A stretch of DNA of 20,000 nt from Welwitschia mirabilis (lineage: Eukaryota), in the NCBI GenBank assembly GCA_051453625.1, contig JBOZIK010000001.1, forward strand, positions 7,925,950-7,945,949, written 5' to 3'. Shown piece by piece: positions 11,431-20,000 of this stretch. Position numbers and translations under genes: made by a program. The number at the start of each line of letters is the position of its first letter. Position 1 is the stretch's first letter. The notes below the pieces were generated by a model that made no database searches, was not told where the DNA came from, and worked only from the letters and a program-made list of their open reading frames with translations.

Positions 11431-11803
11431 CTTGTATCCTTTAGATGTTGTTAATTATTACTTTCATTTTAGATATGATTGTTACTTTCATTTTAAATAC
11501 TATTCCATTATCATTTATATGATTCTATATTCTTGACTTCTTTCATGGTCTAAAGAAATTATTATATTATTATTTAAATATTTTATTTTCTTAGAATTAT
11601 TGTAACTTTCTAAAATTTCTTTTTTATATCTATTATTTTAAAATCATTTTATGAGTATCTTCTATATTTTCAAAGATTATTCTTATATGAATCTTATTTT
11701 TTATTAAAATTGTCAATGTTTGAAAAGTAAACCTATAAAAGTAAATCTTATCCTTTCTTAAGATATCTTTAAAACTCCAAATCTTGTTATAGAAATGAGA
11801 GTT

Positions 11804-12090
11804 CCATAGATCACTAAATGAGGTAGTAAAATATGGAAACCCATAGCTCGTTATATGAGGCAATGGAATTGATAATTCTTAGATCACTAAATGAGGTAGT
11901 GGAAAGATAAAAATAGATTGCTAAATAAGATAATGAAAATGATAATCCGAATATTATCGAATGAGGTAGGAAAAAAACAAAAATAAAACCATAGATTGCT
12001 AAATGAGGCATTGGCAATAATGATCCATAGATCAAATAATGTGGTAGTGAATAAATAAAAACCACTGATCACTGAATGAGGTAATGGTAA
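11804..12090. repeat. Degenerate tandem array, 8 units of 34-42 bp, core CCATAGATCACTAAATGAGGTAGT
   Basis: ATGAGG-type anchors fall at 11818, 11855, 11891, 11925, 11961, 12003, 12039 and 12076. A conserved core of about 24 nt alternates with variable A-rich linkers. Confidence 0.9.
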
Positions 12091-14290
12091 TTATATGATA
12101 AAGCCAGTTAATCTCATCCCATAAAAATCTAATGGTTGATTATTTAAAGTATTTCTTCTTATTTTATTTTCATCTATCTTGGGGTTTTTCTTACCTTTAT
12201 TCTTGCCTTGTCTGGGTCATACTAAAGACTATGATGATTCATGATTCTTACTCCATATTATTTTATGTTAAACAAGTCCTAAATTAGAGCATAGTAAGAG
12301 CTGANNNNNNNNNNNNNNNNNNNNNNNNNNNNNNNNNNNNNNNNNNNNNNNNNNNNNNNNNNNNNNNNNNNNNNNNNNNNNNNNNNNNNNNNNNNNNNNN
12401 NNNNNNNNNNNNNNNNNNNNNNNNNNNNNNNNNNNNNNNNNNNNNNNNNNNNNNNNNNNNNNNNNNNNNNNNNNNNNNNNNNNNNNNNNNNNNNNNNNNN
12501 NNNNNNNNNNTTCTAAACTTGTAGTTTAGAATTTAATTTAAAAAGGCTCATGATTAAAGTTGTACTTGAAGCTTTCGTTTAATAACTTTAACTAACATGT
12601 ATTATTTTTCTGTTGTAAATATTCCTTTCTTATAGGACTCAACCTTTAGGCGTTATGAATTTTTTTACTCAAAAAGTTGGTTTTTACATTTTAATATCAA
12701 AGCCTAGGTTTTGGTTTTTCTAGGCATAATTGTTATTAAAGCTATTCTACTAAATTTGATATCATTCTATCTTTATTTAACATCTAAATATGATCTTTAT
12801 GCATTGTGCAATACACAATAGTTTTTTNNNNNNNNNNNNNNNNNNNNNNNNNNNNNNNNNNNNNNNNNNNNNNNNNNNNNNNNNNNNNNNNNNNNNNNNN
12901 NNNNNNNNNNNNNNNNNNNNNNNNNNNNNNNNNNNNNNNNNNNNNNNNNNNNNNNNNNNNNNNNNNNNNNNNNNNNNNNNNNNNNNNNNNNNNNNNNNNN
13001 NNNNNNNNNNNNNNNNNNNNNNNNNNNNNNNNNNNNNNNNNNNNNNNNNNNNNNNNNNNNNNNNNNNNNNNNNNNNNNNNNNNNNNNNNNNNNNNNNNNN
13101 NNNNNNNNNNNNNNNNNNNNNNNNNNNNNNNNNNNNNNNNNNNNNNNNNNNNNNNNNNNNNNNNNNNNNNNNNNNNNNNNNNNNNNNNNNNNNNNNNNNN
13201 NNNNNNNNNNNNNNNNNNNNNNNNNNNNNNNNNNNNNNNNNNNNNNNNNNNNNNNNNNNNNNNNNNNNNNNNNNNNNNNNNNNNNNNNNNNNNNNNNNNN
13301 NNNNNNNNNNNNNNNNNNNNNNNNNNNNNNNNNNNNNNNNNNNNNNNNNNNNNNNNNNNNNNNNNNNNNNNNNNNNNNNNNNNNNNNNNNNNNNNNNNNN
13401 NNNNNNNNNNNNNNNNNNNNNNNNNNNNNNNNNNNNNNNNNNNNNNNNNNNNNNNNNNNNNNNNNNNNNNNNNNNNNNNNNNNNNNNNNNNNNNNNNNNN
13501 NNNNNNNNNNNCACTTTTTTAGATGTTGAAAAGATTTGGAATAGGAATTCAAATAAGAATAAAATAAAATATATGCACTACTATTGCAATTTATGATGGT
13601 GATAACCCACTGAAGGCAATGCTAAGAAGACATGTTGGGCTTTGATTGAAAGTACACAAAATGCAAAATCTCTCAACTCTCTTGTTACTTTTATAATCAA
13701 TGATAATTATAATTAATTTTCATAATATTTATATACTATAACTAAAAGATAAATAAAAATCCTTAAACAATGGATCATGCCACAAAATGAAATAAATATG
13801 AAAAACTAAATCATCTTACTTCTTGGGCCATATGCTCCTTCTATTATTTCCTCCATCAAATTATGCATATCTATTTTCAAAAAGAATTCTTAAATTTAGA
13901 TTTTTCAATGAAATAAAGATAGGGAAGTGAAGGAGAAAAATAAAGAAAGTAAATGTGAGATGAATCCTTTTGTAAGGAATTATTAAATTAATCAAGAAAT
14001 GAGGGTATTTGCTTTAGGGACAGTGGTGTTAGGGTTTATAGAATACAAGTACTATTAAACATTCCTTTTACTTTTTTGGAAAAATGCCAGTGATGGGGTC
14101 TAACAAATCAATAGTTAATCTTTTATAATAAGAAGCTTTTCACAAATGGTATCTCTAAGTATGGACATATGAAGAGTGACTCTATGATGATGGTCATGTG
14201 CTATAATAGTAAAATCTCTTTCATCCATTTAATTACCATTGAAATCATAGAAGGAAAGTATACTTATGTACTATTTTTTTTGAAACCTAA

Positions 14291-14486
14291 CCTTGGTTTG
14301 AACTTAAGAAGAAAAAGTTTTTTACTTAATTAATTAAATTACATTACATGATTTACCATCATAGCATTACATGATTAACCTCTATAATAGATCATTTAGG
14401 TTATGATTTAGAGAATACCTATCACCTAATCAATACCACATCTAACTTAAGCTTATTTAGAAATATCGATTAGGAACACACAAAGG
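14291..14486 (+). repeat. Dispersed repeat, paralogue of 19760-20000
   Basis: Shares TTAATTAATTAAATTACATT..CAT and CCACATCTAACTTAAGCTTATTTAGAAATATC. The 19760 copy has about 45 extra bp, between CTTACCT motifs at 19883 and 19935. Confidence 0.85.
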
Positions 14487-15706
14487 AAGTATGTAAGTTA
14501 TAATTAATTAGTTGGTTCCATCAACAACTAAGCAACCACACCTACGTATCATCATCTGGATGAGTTTAAACCATATGTAGTTCTATATTGAATCTCATTC
14601 CAATCTCCACCAATACACATAAGCATAAGATAAATTAAGGAGGCACATATCAGTAGGCATGTGGGTAAAAGTATGCATGAAATAATGCAAGAATAATGCN
14701 NNNNNNNNNNNNNNNNNNNNNNNNNNNNNNNNNNNNNNNNNNNNNNNNNNNNNNNNNNNNNNNNNNNNNNNNNNNNNNNNNNNNNNNNNNNNNNNNNNNN
14801 NNNNNNNNNNNNNNNNNNNNNNNNNNNNNNNNNNNNNNNNNNNNNNNNNNNNNNNNNNNNNNNNNNNNNNNNNNNNNNNNNNNNNNNNNNNNNNNNNNNN
14901 NNNNNNNNNNNNNNNNNNNNNNNNNNNNNNNNNNNNNNNNNNNNNNNNNNNNNNNNNNNNNNNNNNNNNNNNNNNNNNNNNNNNNNNNNNNNNNNNNNNN
15001 NNNNNNNNNNNNNNNNNNNNNNNNNNNNNNNNNNNNNNNNNNNNNNNNNNNNNNNNNNNNNNNNNNNNNNNNNNNNNNNNNNNNNNNNNNNNNNNNNNNN
15101 NNNNNNNNNNNNNNNNNNNNNNNNNNNNNNNNNNNNNNNNNNNNNNNNNNNNNNNNNNNNNNNNNNNNNNNNNNNNNNNNNNNNNNNNNNNNNNNNNNNN
15201 NNNNNNNNNNNNNNNNNNNNNNNNNNNNNNNNNNNNNNNNNNNNNNNNNNNNNNNNNNNNNNNNNNNNNNNNNNNNNNNNNNNNNNNNNNNNNNNNNNNN
15301 NNNNNNNNNNNNNNNNNNNNNNNNNNNNNNNNNNNNNNNNNNNNNNNNNNNNNNNNNNNNNNNNNNNNNNNNNNNNNNNNNNNNNNNNNNNNNNNNNNNN
15401 NNNNNNNNNNNNNNNNNNNNNNNNNNNNNNNNNNNNNNNNNNNNNNNNNNNNNNNNNNNNNNNNNNNNNNNNNNNNNNNNNNNNNNNTATTATCTTGAAT
15501 TTTATTTCAAAAAATCAGATCTTGTTTTTTTGAGATAAAAACAAGATTTGAATCTATATGTTTTTTTGGTATTTCAATCGCTATCTTTATTATCAATATT
15601 TTTTAAATTATTTTCTCTTAATTGATGTCATTATTAATCAAAATTAATATTGACATCACAATCATTTAACCTGTGGATATACCTTCTACATTAAAATAAC
15701 AGTATG

Positions 15707-16445
15707 TATATTAAAATCTATTAATTATAATTGTTAAGTTTTTGGTTAAAAACCTAAAACTATTTCATTACATATAATCTTATTTTCATTGATGTAATTT
15801 ACATTTATACTAGAACTTGGGGGCTTGAGCATTTTTCTTTTCTTATCATTAACATAATTTCCTTTCTAAGATAGATACATAAATAAATTAAGACCAAACA
15901 GTTATTGATAGAAGTTTGATAAAGGGCTTCCACTAATATAATTAAGGGAGAAATGCAATAGCCTTTTGCTCCATCCCCAGTACCTCCTACCCATGTAGGG
16001 TAGGAGAATGATCATGGGGATAACAAGNNNNNNNNNNNNNNNNNNNNNNNNNNNNNNNNNNNNNNNNNNNNNNNNNNNNNNNNNNNNNNNNNNNNNNNNN
16101 NNNNNNNNNNNNNNNNNNNNNNNNNNNATATCAAAATCTATTAATTATAATTATTAATTTTTTGGTTAAAAACCTTAAACTATTTCATTACATATAATCT
16201 TATTTTCATCGATGTAATTTACATTTATACTAGAACTAGGGCTTGAGCATTTTTCATTTCTTATCTTTAACATAATTTCATTTCTAAGATAGATACATAA
16301 ATAAATTAAGACCAAATAGTTACTGATAGAAGTTTGATAAAGGGCTTTCACTAACATAATCAAGGGAGAAATGCAATAGCCTTTTGCTCCATTCCCAGTC
16401 CCTCCTACCCATGTAGGTTAGGAGAATGATCATTGGGCTAATAAG
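15707..16445 (+). repeat. Gap-flanking duplication: 15707-16027 vs 16128-16445
   Basis: Colinear copies of about 320 bp on either side of a 100-N gap, with scattered substitutions. Confidence 0.9.
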
Positions 16446-17955
16446 GCAAAGAAGATACATTTAATGTTTTTAAAATTTTTAATGCTAAGACAAAGTAAAT
16501 TCAACAAGAAATACTAAAATAATACTAAAATAAAAGACATAATCCTAACATCATCACTAGCATCTTAAAGGCTTAATACAAGAAACGTATTTGGTTTAGA
16601 AGCTCTACATCTAAGAAACTATAATGGGAAACATATGAAATTAAAATACTAATATAAAACAAGTATGAAATAAGGAAAATTAAAAATTTTGCCCTCACAA
16701 GATTACCAAATACTATTGAGACAATGAAATAAGGTAAATAACTAAGCTTAAGTAACTTGAGATGTATTTCATAACAAATAGTGAATTGAAATGTTAAGAT
16801 GAATAGATATGCATATAAAAAAGAGGTAATGTGGCTTATCACTTAGGTAATTTATTTAGGAAACAGATCATGTGAAGGAAATTGAAAAGCTATTTTTCTA
16901 GTCTTCTTTGAAATTTTGGATACTTACATTATTTAAGGAAAGACATGTAATTATATTTAATATGTTCAAAGTTCATATAATATATATTCAGCCCATGATT
17001 CCTAAGATTAAAAGATTTCCAATGAATAATTATACTCACTCTATGTGTCATTTGAAGGAAAACATGTAATTATGTTATCAATGAATGACTACATAAACCA
17101 TGCCTTACTACTCTAACGAGGTGACAAATGTCCCTAATATTTCACCAACAAACCCATAACTTATTAAGAATAGAGGCATAGATCTACTAGACTACCTGCA
17201 AATTCATGCTTTAAAAGTGTCTTATGTGTGAATGAATTAAGAACTAATATAGTTTAAGTGCACTAAAACTCTATGGAGTAAACATGTTTAAAGAATAAAT
17301 CAAATCATTGAACTAGAATTCATTTACAATAATATTTTAACATAAAAGCATATGTAAAGAACAAATTTCGAATGGATGTAATAACATCACATTATAGTAA
17401 TGTACAATTTTTACTTTTATATTATTAATTTTATCTTATGTTTAGAAAGTTTAGTGAAGGACAATCCTTCCGTAATGAGCACCAAGTGGTGATTCATAAT
17501 AACAACCCTTATAAGTGAAATTTTATTGTCTTATTCTTAGGGCCATAACTTTCTTAACAACTCTATGTACCCTTCAGTTCACTAATCTTATAACTAATAC
17601 ATGAATGGATAAAGAGGAGGATGTATCATAAACTATTATATAGTATTGTTAAAGGTTGAGTTAATTAATTTAAATACTAATATAAGATTTATGTATGAAA
17701 AATTTAGTCCTACTTTGTCCTTTGAATGGTTCCTTTATTTCAAGGCTTTAAACATGTAATTCCTAGGTTTGATTTGCACATGTTACTTTTCTTTTCATGG
17801 TCTTTACTATAGTTATTAAAACTTCACATAATTTAATAAACTATAAATCACATCATTTGAATAACTTAAAGGATTAATTTTCTAATGAAATTTTATCAAG
17901 TTAAAACAGAAAAAAAGCCATAAGAATATATTAAATTTACTAGATGTTAATCATT

Positions 17956-18710
17956 ATGCAAACCCTAAGATGAACCACCACCTTCACAATCAATACTGTC
18001 AAATCTTTTTCCTCTAAGAACACCACACAGACCATGTAGACTAAGTGAAATGCCTGTTAATGCTCTAGGTTTTACAAGTTATTTGTGAAAATCAACTTCA
18101 ATTATTTTTGCACTTCATTCCTGCTTCTATATTTTCTATGAGGAATTTTCAAGTCATATGATTATTTTCCTCATTCATTAGATATTTGAGACCCTATCAC
18201 TATCATGTCTCCTAATTCTTGCATCGTTTTCAATACCACAAGTAGGTTGAGATCCAATTTATCATTATTTTTTCTATTTTAANNNNNNNNNNNNNNNNNN
18301 NNNNNNNNNNNNNNNNNNNNNNNNNNNNNNNNNNNNNNNNNNNNNNNNNNNNNNNNNNNNNNNNNNNNNNNNNNNNNNNNNNTCTGCAAATCCTCCGATG
18401 AACCACCACCGGCACAATCAATACTGCCACATCCTTTTCCTCTAAGAACACCACATAGACTATGCAGGCTAAGTGAAATGCCTGTTAATGCTCTAAGTTT
18501 TACAAGTTATTTGTGAAAATCAACTTCAGTTATTTTTGCACTTTATTCCTGCTTCTAGATTTTCCTTGAGGAATTTTCAAGTCCTATGATTATTTTCCTC
18601 ATTCCTTATAGATTTAAGACCCTATCACTATCATGTCTCCTAATTCTTATACCATTTTCAATACCTTAAGTAGGTTGGGATCCAATTTATCATTATTTTT
18701 TCTATTTTAA
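17956..18710 (+). repeat. Gap-flanking duplication: 17956-18282 vs 18384-18710
   Basis: Colinear copies. I counted 10 substitutions in 110 aligned bases starting at GATGAACCACCACC. Confidence 0.9.
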
Positions 18711-18950
18711 AATTATTCTAGTTGGTTGTACATTTTTAATTGGGTTTGTTATTTTCTTGGTTTCTCTTCAATTTTGAAACCATTATTGGAGTTATCAAGC
18801 TTCTGATTTGAGTTACGCTATAGAGGATAAGAATGGATGTATATCTTGTAAAAATAGAAAATTATAATTTTTTTTAGTACTTATCTACTTTTACCTTTTT
18901 CTCTACTTCATGTATTTAAATTAAGAACTTTGGAAATCAAAGGAAATTTA
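17980..18950 (-). pseudogene. Possible, highly decayed Ty1/copia gag remnant
   Basis: Weak colinear frameshifted motifs on the A-rich minus strand: FLFLQDIHPFLSSIA*LKSEA*, ELGDMIVI, QGNLEA, QAF, and a Gly-rich RGKGCGSIDCAGGG segment. Confidence 0.3.
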
Positions 18951-18999
18951 AACTATTTTCTATTACATAGGCTATTTGTTTTTTTCCCTCTTTTTCATG

Positions 19000-20000
19000 C
19001 TTAATCATCGGCATTGTTCTTCCTCTATACTAATTTTCCTAGTAGAATTTTCAAATCATGCGATCTCTTTATCTATGTTTTTACTTTGCATGTTTTTGCT
19101 ACCATGGTTTACCTTCACCTATGTAATGTTCTTTTACATCTTTTATATAACCTTTCACATCGTGGCTCGTCTTTTCCTATTTGAGTTTCATGTATGCCCT
19201 CCTAGCTTATGTGGCTCCTTTTCACCTACATGATGCATAGTTTTATTTTACTCCATGATGCATCATTTTCTCATGTGTTATCATTCCTTCATAATGTAGC
19301 CATCATAGATAAGAGGCCATAGTGTGAAATTCTAAGGAGCTAAAGACTACCTATCCTCAACATGATTGGTGACTACATCCACTTCTTCAAAAACACATCA
19401 TAAAACTTGGTCGCACCATCCTACGCATAAACATCCCATCCTGAAAATTCATTAATAAGAGCGAAAAATCTCTCATGGAATGGCTAGGCACCTTAAAGTG
19501 ACATCAATGTTGTACCTTAAATGCATGAAATACATTCAAAACACAACAAAATCCATTAGTTTCAAAAAAACCTTTTTCCACTATCACACATCCTAATACA
19601 AAGAATAATACAGTAGTTGGGATATTACATTATCCTTCCTAAAGAAGGTTTTATCCATAGAAACTACTTAATCTTTGTGTTACTTTAATAATAATAATTA
19701 ATAAATTGATTAAATAATGGATCCAAACCTAAGCTTTAATACCAACTATTACAAGCCGATCTTGGGTTAGACTCAAGAAGCATAATTTTTTAATTAATTA
19801 ATTAAATTACATTGCATAATTAACCATCATAACATTGCATGATTAATCATTATAGTGGATTAATTAGATTATGAATGAGAGACTTACCTTTTAGTTCCCC
19901 ATAGGTTACATATCAAAAAACTGTATGACGATATCTTACCTAAACAACACCACATCTAACTTAAGCTTATTTAGAAATATCAATCAGAAATACACAAAAG
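19000..20000 (-). mobile_element. Tekay/Del-like gypsy 3' end: internal region, PPT and 3' LTR start at 19629; LTR extent uncertain
   Basis: The minus strand reads TTTCTATGGATAAAACCTTCTTTAGGAAGGATAA then TGTAATATCCC. This resembles the Tekay pattern TTTCGAGGACGAAA...AAGGGGGGAAGA TGTAATACCC after CpG decay. Confidence 0.6.

Noticed and set aside
11804..12090. CRISPR array
   Set aside because: The repeats are degenerate and the linkers are short (about 10-18 nt), A-rich and related to each other. There are no cas genes, and the context is eukaryotic transposon DNA.
11804..12090. Tandem hammerhead ribozymes (retrozyme-like), from CTGAATGAG at about 12072
   Set aside because: The sequence does not match the CUGANGA core spacing, and I could not find consistent GAAA boxes with pairing stems.
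10010..12827. Endogenous caulimovirid (A-rich strand, repeat-containing intergenic region)
   Set aside because: No tRNA-Met PBS, movement protein or RT motif was found. The motif order fits copia gag-protease better. 12511-12827 remains unassigned.
12777..15538. Long ORFs in the ORF track
   Set aside because: They are open only because they run through N gaps. The same applies to 6360-6611, 7093-7335, 9333-9716 and 18230-18454.
15650..15762. LTR 3' end motif (CCTGTGGATA...TTTTTGGT)
   Set aside because: Suggestive only: there is no clean CA terminus, PBS or partner LTR.
17440..17660. Possible CACTA TnpA-like exon bounded by AG and GT
   Set aside because: It contains multiple stops and shows only vague similarity; a profile search would be needed.

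Overview
Very AT-rich, CpG-depleted eukaryotic DNA from a gapped draft scaffold. The transposon lineages point to a plant. I find no intact gene and no prokaryotic features. The window is made of decayed, nested transposons. (1) A pair of CACTA (En/Spm) ends at 3-320 and 9765-9999 has 28/32-nt matching inverted termini and palindromic subterminal repeats. (2) Between them lie a Ty3/gypsy Athila-like LTR end, a putative PBS and a gag pseudogene (8377-9260), plus a second, inverted gag fragment, an Athila-like PPT/LTR junction and a Ty1/copia gag remnant. (3) A minus-strand copia gag-protease remnant abuts the right CACTA end, preceded by an 8-unit, ~36-bp alternating tandem array (11804-12090). 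(4) A Tekay/Del-like PPT/LTR junction lies at 19629. Several segments are duplicated across N gaps at roughly 90% identity by eye, suggesting co-scaffolded haplotypes. I cannot support a novel biological system. The tandem array and the CACTA-bounded cargo best deserve follow-up. All protein calls are manual translations of frameshifted DNA compared with motifs from memory, not database searches.
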